A stretch of 63,656 nucleotides of DNA, counting the filler, from Welwitschia mirabilis (lineage: Eukaryota), in assembly GCA_051453625.1 (NCBI GenBank). It is 5 parts of one record of this genome, joined end to end, with 100 filler letters (N's around TTAATTAATTAA, not from the genome) between each part and the next. Parts side by side here need not be neighbours in the genome. Positions count along the whole stretch, not along the records: positions 1 to 22,369 come from JBOZIK010000001.1; 4 more parts are not named here. The stretch is one strand, 5' to 3'. Positions within the stretch are counted from its first letter, which is position 1; each line of letters opens with the position of its first letter. Shown one piece after another: positions 1 to 13,319 of the stretch. The notes under the pieces are model-generated. The model saw only the letters and a program-made list of their open reading frames with translations. It made no database searches and had not been told where the DNA came from. The position numbers and the translations under genes are program-made.

Positions 1-1013
1 TGGATGGAGGCAGAGAGCTTTCTTTGTGTAGATTTATTTTATGACTTAGGGTAGGGCTCTGTGTAAGAGCCCCAATGTGATGAAGGGGCACCTTTTCAAC
101 CCTTGTATGGTTGCCAGCAATACCTTCCATCTAGCTATGTTCATGTCGATATCTTTCTGAGGTTGATGTCGAATTTCCATTGAAGAAGGATCTGAAGTAG
201 AGCTTTGTAAAGAGCTTAGGCCTGAAGCTAGAGAGGGTTGAGCATGCCTACCTTATTCCTGAGGGATGGAAGACAGTTAAGCTTGAGCTAGCTCTTAGGC
301 TAGGCTGGAGAAATGTTCCTCAGAAGTCTTCTATTGGGCTGGTGGAGAAGACAAATCCCCTCTTACTGGGGCTGCCTTACACAGTAGTTTCCTTTAGAAT
401 AGGGTTCGTATCAGAAGAGGATCTTCTTATAGAAGTTCTCCTAAGGGGATTCTAGTAAGGACGAAGATGAGAGCCAAGATTAATCTTGAGTTCCTTGAAG
501 AATCATTCCTTTTTAGAACTTGAATGAAGAAGAAAGGCAAATTCACCTGACGTCCAAAATCTAGGGCTTTAAGAAAAGAAAAATTAATATCTGAGAGCTT
601 GGAAAATTTTTCTTGATTGGATGAAATAATGGTTTACAAGTCCTGCACTTAGTCCTCAAGGGGACAGTAATGCCTTCCTACTGATATGCCCACTAGGGAG
701 TTTGGAAACTCCATCGAGAAAGAAATGGAGAGCTTCACATTGGCCTCTGCTACCAAATGGAATTTGCTCACCTTCTGTTGGGATTTCCAGTAGCCTGGAG
801 AAAGATTCTTTCAAGATTTTAATTGAAATTCTTTGGAAAGTAGTACATTCTCCTCTCCATCACCTATAAAAGGGGGCAATATTAGGTCCTCTGTCTCCTC
901 TCAGCTTTTGCAAAAGGAGGCTTATACCCCACCACCTATATCTTTTCCCATAAAGCATGACATCCTTCGAAGAGGTATGAATCAAAAGGCTCAATTGTTG
1001 GAGTAACGTCCAT
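1..1013 (-). pseudogene. In-frame C-terminal extension of LINE ORF2: Transposase_32-like (env-like extra-ORF type) domain plus S/P/R-rich tail
   Basis: The frame continues from QIW*IRNKLIFNN...FQLKIA into MDVTPTIEPFDSYLFEGCHALWEK..., WRGECTTFQRISIKILKESFSRLLEIPTEGEQIPF..., FLKALDFGRQVNLPFFFIQVL, with a few frameshifts and stops. The same peptide is conserved in copy B (60332-61195). Family assignment is by motif resemblance only. Confidence 0.6.
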
Positions 1014-4000
1014 TGCGATTTTGAGTTGAAAATGAATGTGAATAATCCTCCTTACTATATATATAGGAAAGGGTAAGGGGGCATTATTAAAAATTAGTTT
1101 ATTTCTAATTTACCAAATTTGCTAAAAAGTAAGATAAATCCCATCTAATAAATTCATGTTAGGGGTGTTGCAAGTTTGATAGTACTTCGTCATTATGGAG
1201 ATTAATTCCTTGTTCCAAACACATTAATGAAAAAGATGTTGTATTGTTTCTGGATTAGATTGACAAATGGGACAATTAGGATCTACTTGAAATCCTCTTT
1301 TTAGCAATTGATCTCTTGTCAAAATTATCTAATGGTCTTTTATCTAGTAGAAAACCTTAATTTTTGCTAGAACCTGTCTCCTCTACTACTTATTGTAACC
1401 CTCCTCTATTTTCCATACTTCTTTATAAGGATCTGCTTGGTTAAATTAGTCTGGCAAATGTGCAAGTCTATAAGTTGTTAGTGAGCTTAGCTGAGATGCC
1501 TCCTTAAATAAGACTCCCCATTTTCAAGTGTCTAATCTCTATACTTGTAATTAATTAAATCACACTAGGGTTACCCTCCTTTTTGCAATCTCTTTAGGAT
1601 TTTATGTGCTCTAGAGAGGATACAGTCTTTGGGTTTTTGAATCCCCCAACCTTCTAATTCTGTTGGGCTAGCAATAATCTCCTATTTACAGAGATGAATT
1701 AGTGGTGATCCTTTCCTCCTATCTAAATAAATTCCTTTAAGGTTTTGGTTCTNNNNNNNNNNNNNNNNNNNNNNNNNNNNNNNNNNNNNNNNNNNNNNNN
1801 NNNNNNNNNNNNNNNNNNNNNNNNNNNNNNNNNNNNNNNNNNNNNNNNNNNNNNNNNNNNNNNNNNNNNNNNNNNNNNNNNNNNNNNNNNNNNNNNNNNN
1901 NNNNNNNNNNNNNNNNNNNNNNNNNNNNNNNNNNNNNNNNNNNNNNNNNNNNNNNNNNNNNNNNNNNNNNNNNNNNNNNNNNNNNNNNNNNNNNNNNNNN
2001 NNNNNNNNNNNNNNNNNNNNNNNNNNNNNNNNNNNNNNNNNNNNNNNNNNNNNNNNNNNNNNNNNNNNNNNNNNNNNNNNNNNNNNNNNNNNNNNNNNNN
2101 NNNNNNNNNNNNNNNNNNNNNNNNNNNNNNNNNNNNNNNNNNNNNNNNNNNNNNNNNNNNNNNNNNNNNNNNNNNNNNNNNNNNNNNNNNNNNNNNNNNN
2201 NNNNNNNNNNNNNAATAAATTCCTTTAAGGTTTTGGTTATTTTCTGTATGATATTTCTTTGGGAGAAGGGGAGGGGGAGGGGGGGCGGGGGATAACGGAA
2301 GCTATGTACCAAAAGGATGAAATCAAGCAGGAGTTTGTAAGAATGATTTTAGCCTTTCAAAAGAGAAATTTGTTTTGCCAAGATTTGCATCGTCTTTGGA
2401 CGGATTCCAAAATATAATTCCAGATACTAGTCTTATGCCAGTTTCGAAGAGGGATACCAAGGTAAATATTCTGTAAATCTCCTAACTTTGTACTTAGTAT
2501 TCAAGTGATTTTGTCCCCTTTGATACATTTTCTTCCCAAGGTGTGTATTTTTTTTCTTAATTTGTTTCAATTAGTATAAAGCCCTGTTATTTCTACAAAG
2601 GTATTCATAACATTTCTTATTGCTTTTTCTTACTAACATAAAGCTTTGATTATGATGATGATGTCATCTGCATAGTAATTGTTAAGAAAGGTTTGGCCTC
2701 CAATTCTAGTTCCTGTAACTCCGTTCCTTCTTAAGAAAACCCACGAAGCGTTCATCATAAATAGAAAAAGTTATGGGGCTAGGGAGTCCCCTTGTCTCAA
2801 ACCTATTCCTATTGAGAAGAACTTTAATCTATGATTATTGACCTCCATACTAAATTCAGTAGAATCCTACATGTCTAGTCAAAGATTAATAATATCTTAA
2901 TAGAAGCCTCTTTTTCTAAGAATACATCCTAAAGCTTGCCAACTAACAGAATCAATAAGCTTTAGCAATATTTAGTTTAGCAATAAGGAGAGAAAATTTT
3001 TATTTTTTAACAGAGTAAATGATCTCATGAGTCAAGAGGATTTGGTCTTAGATATACCTAAATCAGATGAAGCTGGCTTCGTTGTCTTAAATCGCATGGG
3101 GAAGCAAGGGGATGATTCAGCCAATCATGANNNNNNNNNNNNNNNNNNNNNNNNNNNNNNNNNNNNNNNNNNNNNNNNNNNNNNNNNNNNNNNNNNNNNN
3201 NNNNNNNNNNNNTATGAGTACCACTCTAGTTCTATTCATCTTCCTCAAAATTCATCTGTTGTGGAAGACTTTCTGCATGACATCTTGAAGGTTGTCCTCT
3301 GGAATAGAGAAGTGTGATTTGAAAAGTTCGATTGTCCAACCATCAGGACTAGGGGCTTGGTTATTCTTCATAGATCTGACTACAGTTAAAATCCATTCTC
3401 TACTCAAGGGTTTAGTTAACATATTATTATCTTCATTTGAGACTTTCTTGTTTTTTGCAATAAGCCAAGGGTGATATCCTCCCATTCCCAGATTCTCTGA
3501 AGATGGACGTACAATTCCTTAGCTATTTCCTCTTCATTTTCTGTGACTTAAGCTGTTATAGAAAGTCTTCTGATTTTGTTATCATATCTATGCTGGTTGG
3601 TCTACTAGAAGAATAATTTAGTATGTTTATCACCCTCTTTTAGCCACTTGATTCTTGAGCATTTTCTTCAATAATGTTCTTCTTCATCATTTATTTCTTG
3701 GAGATTTACTAGGCACTGATATTCTCTGTTTTAAAAACTGTCCTGATTACCTCCCTCCTCCTACTTGGTTTGGATAATTTGGAGTTCCTCTTCGAGTTCA
3801 ACCTTTGATTTAAAACTCTCTTTGTCTTTCCTTCTCCAATCTCTAATATAGGCATTTAGGGTATTGAGGCCTCTGTATAAAAAAGTGAAAGGTTGGATTC
3901 CATCATACTATGCTCATAATTTTTCTAATAGAACTATGGTTTCTATGTGATTGATCCAATACCATTTCATACGAAATGGAGTTTTCAGGGGTAAAATCAC

Positions 4001-4668
4001 TCCTAATCTAAGCTTGATGGGACGATGATCCGAGGCAATCTGGTTCTGATCATAGGCTTTAAATAGAAGCTTAGCTAGATCCTTCTCAGCCAGTACTCTG
4101 TCAATATTAGACATTATCAGATCTGTACCAGTTCTTCTATTCGACCACGTATATTTGCACCTAGCATTAGGGACATCTATGAGGGAATATCTTACTAAAA
4201 AATCTTTTAGAGTTGAGGCCCCTCTAGAATTCCATTTATCACACCCTGATTTTTCCTAGCGGTAAAGACATTAGTTGAAGTCACCTAAAATAATCCATTT
4301 AGATTTATCGACTATGGTCCTCTGAGCTTCTTCCAATATATCGACCTTGTCTTGATTATGCTGTGTACTATAAATATTTGTGATAGTCCAGCCTTCATTC
4401 TTAAGGAAAATTATGATGTGGTTCCTATTGTTGTAAATCAGATCAGCCTCTTTTTTGATAGAAATCGAAAGGCCACCAGAGTTACCTTGGGCTACAACAG
4501 TGAAAGATATCCATTACCGCCCTAGATTCATCATTCCCATATCATTTTTTTATCTTTGTTTCCTATAAGCAAACTAAATCAATATTGTTTTAACTGATCA
4601 GATTTTGTAGGGTCTTTTTCTTATAGGAGAACCCTAATCCCCTACAATTCCAAGTGAGGCTATTAATT
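1014..4668 (-). pseudogene. LINE ORF2 (APE endonuclease - reverse transcriptase - zf-RVT), disrupted
   Basis: TWNCRGLG (~4630-4655), WIILGDFN (~4270-4297), NIDRVL and ASDHRP (3914-4114 ORF), APSPDG (3252-3485 ORF), LRQGDSLAP (~2775-2800), YADD (~2665), YLGIP (~2455), DPNCPICQSNPE (~1250-1285). Many stops. Confidence 0.9.
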
Positions 4669-5760
4669 GGGGGTGTTTTTGCCCCTTTTTGGGAGCTTTT
4701 CCTTTCCTTAAGGTATCTTTGATGATATCCTGAGAGCTATTTGCAAAGTTCTCTATTATTTCTCATTCTCGAAGGGTTCTATTACTAGGCCTTCCCTTCA
4801 TTTGAGTTTCCACTTCATTGGATTCATCTTCATGTTGAGGTTGTTAGGTATCATTCTCGTCGATAAGAGGTTAAAATGGGTTATGCTCTTGTTTTTGTAC
4901 CTATTTTTCTTACTTTCCTTGGGAAAAATAGTAGTACTTTTTCCCGTTTGTTCCTTTTTTTGCTTATGTTGGTATATGTTCTGATTGTGCCCTATTTTCC
5001 CATAAAAAGTGTAGGTTTCCTTTTTCTTTTCTTTAATGTCAATTAGTCTTTTCTAGCATTCTTCATGTAGATGACCCAATCTTCCACAGTGTGAGCATTT
5101 TTTTTTTAGGAGGAGCACATCTTCCAGAGAGGTGTTTTGATTTTCCACAGACTGTGCAGGGAATCGGAAGGTTCTCATATGTAACATCAAGATCACAAGT
5201 GCCTCATTTAGATTTAAACTTTATAGATTGTATCTCTTTAGTATTCTCGATGCTCATCCAAACATAGAATCTGGCCAACACTAATCCTGTCTGTTTAATA
5301 GTGATTTTATTAAGTTTAATCAAATCTCCAACATGGAGCGATCATTCTGCTTAATAGATCTTCATCCCAAAACTCCAAGGGGAACTTATGGATGTGGATC
5401 CAGATCAGAAGTTTCTTAAATAGATTCAGGTCCGATTATGCCCTCAGCATCCATTTGGCTAGGGCAAGGCCTTGTATGCCAAAAAACCATGATCCTCTTT
5501 TGATTATTTCATCCTGTTCTTTTTCATTATCTAGTTGAAATAATACCAACCCTTCTGGCATTGCAATAATGTCAACTTTACTAACTCTGTCCATTTCATA
5601 GTAACCCATTCACGAATCGGATCCAACCTTGGATGAGGATCAGATGAGACAAATTTGCCGATCATGCTGTATTTGAGCTTCTTCTCGATTTCACTACATG
5701 CATCTTCATTGATGTCCAACACAAGGGATTCCCTTCCTTGGAGAACTAAGTCTTCTCCAT
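4664..5760 (-). pseudogene. LINE ORF1 (DUF4283-like N-terminus, CX2CX4HX4C zinc knuckle), disrupted
   Basis: ATG at 5760 (MEKT*FSKEGNPLVLDINEDACSEIEKKLKYSMIGKF...LDPIREWVTMKW). CSHCGRLGHLHEEC at ~5056-5097, followed by a K-rich tail. The start matches copy C at 63468. Confidence 0.85.
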
Positions 5761-6455
5761 ATTGGGGCTAAAATCCTCAACAAAAGCCTTAACATCTAAC
5801 CAAAACTGCAAAATAAAATATTCCCATAACTTACCTGAANNNNNTCTATCTTATAACTGAATTTGCGACCCCCCCTTCTTCCCCCCTCGCTCTATGACTA
5901 GGGACTGAAACCACCCTTACCGATCTGCAATCCTCCAAGCTTTTCTCCCTCCTATGCTCCAGATCTGTCGAAACCTCTCAGAGCTTCAAAACCCTAGCCA
6001 ATGATTCTCTAAATTAGCACATCATTCCTTGGTCCTTTTATTGTCTTTATCTTCATTTCAAAAGAATCCTACTATTAAAACAAACATCCTTAATACATTA
6101 TACAAAACCACTTATTTTAAAATAATTTTTTTCTTTTAGTTTTTGGTTAAAAGACTTTTTTAAAAATCAAATTCACAACCATAAAGTTATGGAGCACTTC
6201 TATGCTAATTGGGTCTCTATGTTAATTTGAATTACAAATTTTAAGCGTCTATATATCAATATTAATCTCACTGATATTATATTTGTGATTTTTATTTATA
6301 ATTGTGATAACTTATTGATTGTTATTAAGTTATATCATATATTATGAATTTTTATTATAACATATTATTTTCTTATGATATATATTATCATAAACATTTG
6401 TATCATCCTATATATGTTTTTCATTTGTGATGTTTCAAATAAACTATTACTATTA

Positions 6456-6637
6456 GTACCAATTTTTTAAACTTTTTAAGGGTAATGGCTAGTAGGTAGT
6501 TATATGCCACAAACATCTAATGGCACTTGGACCCATGCAATTTTTTCAAACTATGTGCCCCTGCCAACACGAAAGTTTGAACTCGAGACCCCAAGTTCAA
6601 TATGTTCAAGACTTAACCATTATGACAATCAATTTTG
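6456..6637 (-). mobile_element. tRNA-derived SINE (~180 bp), decayed
   Basis: Flanked by a perfect direct repeat AACTATTACTATTA at 6442-6455 and 6638-6651. The minus strand has an A-box-like CATAATGGTTAAG, a B-box GAGTTCAAAC (6575-6584) and an A-rich 3' tail. Higher GC than the surrounding AT-rich DNA. Confidence 0.75.
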
Positions 6638-7426
6638 AACTATTACTATTATAATTATGTCTTATTTTATTATTTTAAATAATAAATTATTATCAATATT
6701 ATTAATATTTTTAATATGGTTTTTAACCTTCCTCATTATTACTAAAATTATTATTAATCTATTATGATAAATTATTGTATAGTATGATAAATAGTAATAT
6801 CATGGTATGTTTGTTTTATTCTTTAATTATATAATAGTTATTATTTATTAGTTACATAATATATTTTATTATATAATTAAATTAAAAGAATACATATATA
6901 AACTTAAACAAAAAAGAACTCGAATTTTTATTTAAAGTAAATGGCAAGTACTTCCATGTGTTCTCATTTTATCTTCTTTGAAGATCTCATATAACCTCCT
7001 TTTAGTTCTTTTCAAGCACTTATGAAAATCTCACGCATCTCTAAGATTTTACCATCCTTCTGATTTTAAGATCATTTAGGTTCATATTCCTTATTCTCCA
7101 TTTTATCCTTTTCTTAAAGGGATTTTGATAAACTTTTTCCCATTCCTTATCTTCCATTAGTTTTGTAAGCAAATTTTCTATGAAAACATCTTAGTGCTAT
7201 AGAGATTTTTGATAAGCTTCATAGCAAGTTTCAACACAAAGCATCTATAGCTAGTTGAGTTTAGTTGAAATCAAAGTAGATGAAATTCTTGCAAGGGAAC
7301 AATCATGCTTTCTAGATTGTCTATTTTAGCCACAGTCATTGGGATGCTATAAATGATGGAAATGGCAATGCCAAAACCATGATAGGATGAGTTGAGTTTA
7401 AAATGTTCAAAATCTCATAGTGAAAT

Positions 7427-7990
7427 AAAGGAACCTTTCTCTTTCTTAGATCACAAATAATAACAATGCCTAATGTCTCTAAGTTAAATGTTCATATCCT
7501 CCCACAAAATTTTAACAGGTGCATTATTGTGCTACTTATTAAAATTTTCAATATTTGATTTCTCCCCTTATACAACATATGTGCATGTTTTCTTTAATAA
7601 AATATGGAAATTTCTTCATTTAGAATTTTAATAATGCAACCATGGGTTTATAAGAAGCAATAAAATGATTAGGATATGTTAACTTATCAAGGTAATCAAC
7701 TAAAGGAACTTACCTCTTTGCTAGATGACAAGCAATGGCAAGGTCCAATGCTTTTCTAAAGAACTGGAATGAGATGAAAATCAATGTCTCTGAGATGAAT
7801 GTTAAGAATTTCCTACAAAATTTTAATTAGATGCACTCCTGAGCTATTGCCTAAGATTTTCAATATTTTGATTATCGCCCCTTTTATAACATATGTGCCT
7901 GCTTTCTTTAATAAAATCTAAAAGGTTCTTCATTTAGAATTTGAATAAAACATCCATATGTTTATAAGAAGTAAAGAAAGAGTTAGGGGA
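7427..7990. repeat. Diverged tandem duplication (~250-290 bp units: ~7427-7675 and ~7702-7988)
   Basis: Collinear shared blocks: aaaggaac..ctagat.aca, aatgtctct, caaaattttaa, ttttcaatattt, aacatatgtgc, ttctttaataaaat, ttcttcatttagaattt, tttataagaag. Confidence 0.7.
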
Positions 7991-10354
7991 TTGCTCATAA
8001 AGATCATCATAACTGAGCAAGGCATTATCATCCAAAATCAATAACTTCAAGTAATTCACAAAAGTAAATTCTAGAGAAATGAATGTACAAAATATTTTGT
8101 CAATGTTTAGATTCTAATAAGGTTTTGCAACAATAACTTTAGACTTGAAATGATGGTTACATTTCAAAGTCACATAATAATGAATTGAATACATCATAGG
8201 CTGAATGCGACGAAGAGGATTAGGAAATTCCTCATAAAATAAATGATAAAAAATAGTAAACAAAGATCTGTATAGATCAACATCATCAAAGTTATCAACT
8301 CTTTCATTGTGTATCCAGGAAAAGGCAGTGAAAGACTAAATATACATTTGTTCAAAGCAACACCATTAATGTTTTCAAGTTTTTCATTACATACTAAAGA
8401 AGAGACCATGCTAGTGTGATTTGTGTATTCATATTCATATGTGATTTACTTATAGTATTATAGGTGGTAGTAGTATTTTTCATTCACCATGTCATTGTCA
8501 ATGTAAAAACTTCTTCTTCTCCATTTGCATATACAATGTTGCCCATGACAACAACTACCAACTATCATCAACCAAATACCTAAGAATAAATGTTCTAATG
8601 GTTAAAAACTCTATCATGCATCCATGTAGAATTTTGATGACAAGCTATAAGCATTCAACATTAGAGATGCATTAATAATGGAGATCATGTCATTAGAAAA
8701 ATATTGTTACTGATATGATTTTGTAAATTATTCATAGAGGTTAATAGTGTCATGGTTTTCAAGTATAACAGTTACTTATCCCCTATGTTGAAGGACCTAT
8801 TTCTTATTTTTGTAGAAGATTTCAATGATTGTAATTTTTTTGAAATCATCATGAAACATGTTACCCATTCGCATGAAGAAACTTTTGCTAGTGGCCTATA
8901 GATTTGAATACTTCTATGTCTATTTATTTTGTAAGACCTTTCTTTTGTAGGATTGCTTCACCTATAATACCAATTAGAATATTCCCTAAATCTAGAATGA
9001 TTTTTCAAAAGATACAATATGAATGGGAGATAAGAAAAGAAATATATTTGTTTTATTTCTATTATCTTATTACATTGTCCCCTCATGAACATAAGGTAAA
9101 TAAAGAAGTTCTTTGACTTGTTACAACTACCCATGCAAGGCACATGCCCCTTTCCTTAGCATTAATTAGTAAATTAACTATTAAGATAATACATTTTACT
9201 TTTTAACCATTAAAAACCTTTTATAATGCTATATTATAAAAGAACTAGTGGGAATGTGACATATGTCTTCAAACTGTAGTCATATCCATTTACCTTTTCT
9301 ACTTCTTATTCTAATGTTATGTTAGCTTTAGTTGACCACTTTCAATTGAACTAGCTGTTACATTTAGTCAACTAGATATTCATGCATTCATTTACTTTGT
9401 AAGTTCTGAATATAATCTTGTTAGTTGCATACTCATCTAGTTTCTCACTTTGTAACAACCAGATATAATTTGGTCAACAATCTATTTATTTGATCAGTCA
9501 CTTTATAACAATGGAATACATTTACTTTATGACACTTGAATATAATTTTGTCACTCACATAGTGATTTGTGTTATACACTTTATAACAAAATGCCATGCA
9601 GTAAGTCTAAACTTTAATTTGATGGATTGCACATCTTATGCAATTGATCACATACCATGCAATTATAGAACTATAATAAGAAGCAATCAAAATATTAAGT
9701 CAACACAAGTACCTTCTTATCAGTACATCAAATAAACATACTGACAAATTCCATTGGATACCCTTGCATCAAAGTGTCAACAAAGAAATAGTCATTATCT
9801 CCCACTTGGTACTTGATACAACCAAATCTACACTAGATAAACATATAATGACATCTTAAATAAGTATTTTGTTAAAATCATGAATATTAACCAACCAACG
9901 AAATTACTGACTACACATAGTTTCCACGAATTAACTTTTATAAGAGAAATCATGAAGAGAACGATAACATGTTCATAGATTTTGCAACGAACTCAAAAAA
10001 GTAAAATACAATGAATGAACTTTTATGAAAGAATCACACTTATGAAAGTAACTACGAAAACAAGAAAGTGACATGTTCACAAAACTTAAAATGTAAAATA
10101 GTAAGTCAAATGACATGATCGAAACAAATCAAAATGTTAGGCCCACATATAAATTGTTCTGAGTGTATCAAAGGTAAGTTGCTATCTACACAACATAAGC
10201 CCCAACTATGAAAGTCACTTATTATTAACAGATTCACACAACCTTTATCACTTTCAACACCTTACGATCCATGGAAGATATCATTCAATTAACTTGGGCA
10301 AATGGTTTCCAAAAGGCTGACAAAACTTACACCACAAACTAAACATGGCACAAA

Positions 10355-11200
10355 TAGTACCACGTCCACGTCATGTTCTAGAAACGTCCTAAGGCCACAC
10401 GTCAACGTACCCACAAACAGCTCCACATTTTAAGGGAAGCTAAGGCTTACCAAGGGTTTAGCATAATGTTCTCATCGCTAATTATTGTCAACATGGAAGA
10501 ATGGGCATCGCGGATGGATGTGGTTTTTGTAATATGTGAGATGGATGATGGATGTTCAATGTAAGTATCTCTGTCACACGTCAGCAAGAGAAACGCGACA
10601 TGACGCGCTCTGGATCTCTTCGCGCAGCCATGGCAATCAAAATATGCCCTCCACTCTATTATTGCTTACTCTCGCTCCGTACACAAGAGCTCGCCTCCGT
10701 AGACGACACGTGGACACCCCAACACCAAAACGAACTAAGAAATCCCAGAGATTTACCAAAAATGTACGGGGTAAATAACTTCAGGTTTTCGTAAAACTTT
10801 TCGAATGAAGCGTTTAAGATTGGAAAGTACTCTCGATAAATAAATACTCTAGAATGACGGGATAAATGAAATACGATAGAATCCGCCGGCCCATTCAGCG
10901 TTGGAATTTGATGGGCCTCTTTTTAATATTTACCATAAAAAGTTTAAAATAAGAAATGCTCTCACTAAAGTTGACTGTAACACTTGGACTTAGGAAAAAC
11001 TACTTTAAGAACTTAAATATTTAGGATCTAAATTCTATAACATGACACGGCAAATTATAAAACGGCAACTGAAAGATCTTTTAGACGTCAAATTCAAATC
11101 TCCATCCGGCGTCTTTCCGCCCGGCCGTACGCACGTGTTGTTCACGCGGCCTGCATTCCGCAGGTCTGCAAAATGCCAAAATCGTGCAGAAACGCGGTAA
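10355..11200 (+). promoter_or_regulatory. Upstream regulatory region of the MYC2-like gene: ACGT-core/G-box and CGCG-box clusters
   Basis: CACGTC/ACGT cores clustered at 10361-10410 and 10577; G-boxes CACGTG at 10707-10712 and 11132-11137; ACGCG boxes at ~10593, 10603, 11144, 11193; TATA-like TTATAAAA at ~11055. CpG is retained here, unlike the flanks. The TSS is not known. Confidence 0.5.
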
Positions 11201-11348
11201 GAGTTACTGGAGACGTCTCCCCTCCGAGGGTTCGCCTGCTATTAGTGTGCTCGAGTCCGAGCGGAAGACTGAAGTGAGCAGCAGCATCTTCAGTAGCAAG
11301 AGCCGGGGTTTTTCGAGACCTTTGACTGCTTTAAGAGAGCATTATTGA

Positions 11349-13211
11349 ATGGCGTGGGGAGCAGGAGGCCTGGAATTGGAAGACGAGAGCGGACCCATGG
11401 TGGATGCATTCATTTCGGCCTCAGAGAACCATTCCTGGCCCGGCCAAGACACTCTGCAACAGCGGCTGCAGAGTCTTATCGATCCGGCGATGCAGAAATG
11501 GAGTTACGCGATCTTTTGGCGCTGCTCTTACTCTCCGTCGCTCGGCTTCTCCTGGGGGGACGGCTACTTCAAGGGCACGCCTCCGTTGCCGGCGTCCGCC
11601 GCCGCCGATCAGACGCAGAGGAAGAGAGTTCTGAGGAAGTTGCAGGCGCTTGTCGACAACGCTTTCTCTGCGGATTCCTTGGAAGATGATGTTACGGATG
11701 TCGAATGGTTCTATCTTGTTTCCATGACCAAGTCGTTTGCTTCTAACGGAACTTCTGTAGTTGCCAGGGCCTTTACCTCCGCGGTTCCGCTTTGGCTTTC
11801 CGGAGCGAGTTCTCTGCAAGGATCGGCGTGTCCGCACGCTTCTGAGGCCGCTGACCTCGGAATCCGTACCTTAGTCTGCGTTCCGACTTCGAACGGGGTC
11901 GTGGAGCTTGGATCCGTGGATGTTATTGCTGAAGACGCAGCTTTCGTTCTGCAGACGCGAAACTGGTTTTCCGAAGGAGTTGCTGCGACTCCGGGACTTT
12001 CGGCTCCCGGCTCGCCGATGCCTGGCCACGATTCGATTCTCGGAGACCTTCCATTCTTCTCCGCGGAGGAAAATCGCAGAAAGGAGCGGAATTCTTCGTT
12101 CCTCTTAAATGAAAACCCTAATCCTAGGTCGTTGCAGAAGAACGGCCTGGTTATCGAGGGAAAGAACGAGTTTCTCAACTTCGGAGGCGGAATTTCCTCG
12201 AGCTCTTCGCAGAAATCCGCCATCTCCGTCTTCGATTTCTCCTCCGCGTCCGCCGTTTCGAAGGACTTCGATGACAGCCCGGCTTTCGGAAAGAATGTAG
12301 ATAATCTTTCGCAGAAATCGTACTCCGCAGAAAACCCTAGCCCTAGAACAAAACCTAATCCGAACACACTGTCTCTCATGGATCAACTCAAAGGCCTGGT
12401 GAAGCTCGACGACAGATCAAAATCTCTCTTCGACTTCGAATCCGGCGTCAATTCCCTGAGCTTCGGCGCAACGGGGGATTCGAGAAACACCATCGACGAG
12501 AAAATTTTTCTTCCGTCGAGAATCGAGTCTGATAGTTCGGATTTAGAAGCGGCTTCGTTTAAAGAACCAGAACAAGCTTTCGTCGAAAGGAAGCCGCGGA
12601 AGCGAGGAAGAAAACCTGCAAACGGCAGAGAAGAACCGCTGAATCACGTCGAGGCGGAACGCCAGCGCCGCGAGAAGCTGAACCAAAGATTCTACGCTCT
12701 GCGCTCCGTCGTTCCGAACGTTTCCAAGATGGACAAAGCGTCGTTGCTCGGGGACGCCGTTTGCTACATCAACGAACTCCGAAGCAAAATCCAGAGCCTG
12801 GAGGCGGACAAAAAAGAGCTCCAGACGCTTCTGGAAAGCTCGAGAAAGCGCCTTGGAAGCGCGGGACCTGCCAGCAGCTTCTGCGAGTTCATGAAGGAAA
12901 GAAGCTCGCTGAACCGCAAACAGGCGTCCTCCGAAGCGAATGAAGCCAGGATTATCCGAAAATGCTCTTCTGTGGACCTGGAAGTCCTTGTTCTGGGCCC
13001 TGAGGTTATGATCAGATTGCAGAGCTCAAAACGTGGGCATCCCGCGGCCAAACTGATGAACTCCATCCAGGAACTTGAGCTGGAGTTGCAGAACGCGAGC
13101 GTCTCCACCGTGGATGATTTGATGCTCCAAAACGTGATGGTTAAGATCGCCTGCAAGGCTTACTCGCAGGATCAGCTGAAAGCTGCTCTACTGACAAGGT
13201 TGTGCAGTTGA
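11349..13211 (+). CDS. MYC2: MYC2-like bHLH transcription factor (subgroup IIIe/IIId, jasmonate signalling), intronless, 620 aa
   Basis: N-terminal bHLH-MYC_N/JAZ-interaction region ([67 protein letters not shown]); [56 protein letters not shown] bHLH; C-terminal ACT-like domain ([45 protein letters not shown]). Uninterrupted ORF. The symbol denotes family resemblance, not proven orthology. Confidence 0.96.
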   Translation: MAWGAGGLELEDESGPMVDAFISASENHSWPGQDTLQQRLQSLIDPAMQKWSYAIFWRCSYSPSLGFSWGDGYFKGTPPLPASAAADQTQRKRVLRKLQALVDNAFSADSLEDDVTDVEWFYLVSMTKSFASNGTSVVARAFTSAVPLWLSGASSLQGSACPHASEAADLGIRTLVCVPTSNGVVELGSVDVIAEDAAFVLQTRNWFSEGVAATPGLSAPGSPMPGHDSILGDLPFFSAEENRRKERNSSFLLNENPNPRSLQKNGLVIEGKNEFLNFGGGISSSSSQKSAISVFDFSSASAVSKDFDDSPAFGKNVDNLSQKSYSAENPSPRTKPNPNTLSLMDQLKGLVKLDDRSKSLFDFESGVNSLSFGATGDSRNTIDEKIFLPSRIESDSSDLEAASFKEPEQAFVERKPRKRGRKPANGREEPLNHVEAERQRREKLNQRFYALRSVVPNVSKMDKASLLGDAVCYINELRSKIQSLEADKKELQTLLESSRKRLGSAGPASSFCEFMKERSSLNRKQASSEANEARIIRKCSSVDLEVLVLGPEVMIRLQSSKRGHPAAKLMNSIQELELELQNASVSTVDDLMLQNVMVKIACKAYSQDQLKAALLTRLCS

Positions 13212-13319
13212 AAGTCCCAGCAGCTTTGCAGGAGGAGTTACTGTTACTGGTCTGTTCTGGTTATTTAGGGATACAATTGGCGACAATGATCTGATGAAAC
13301 CGCCGTTTCGGTTCGGTGG

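Larger units (their letters stand above)
1..6000 (-). mobile_element. L1-clade non-LTR retrotransposon (LINE copy A), near full length, decayed; 3' end lies beyond the window start
   Basis: The minus strand gives, in order: telo-box-containing 5'UTR, ORF1 (DUF4283-like plus zinc knuckle), APE endonuclease motifs, RT motifs, zf-RVT-like CPIC, then a further coding-like extension. Clearly homologous to 58573-61195 and 63270-63656. The 5' boundary is approximate. Confidence 0.92.

Noticed and set aside
6575-6630. tRNA gene
   Set aside because: Only degenerate A/B boxes with no convincing cloverleaf. The TSD and A-rich tail indicate a SINE.
10536-10794. Two 80-aa ORFs upstream of the MYC2-like gene as possible uORFs or small genes
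   Set aside because: No recognisable motif, they lie probably upstream of the TSS, and they are explained by locally higher GC.
11345-13156. Overlapping alternative-frame and antisense ORFs within the MYC2-like CDS (e.g. 11711-12379 -, 222 aa; 11421-11837 -; 12764-13156 -)
   Set aside because: Expected by-products of a GC-rich coding sequence; no recognisable domains.
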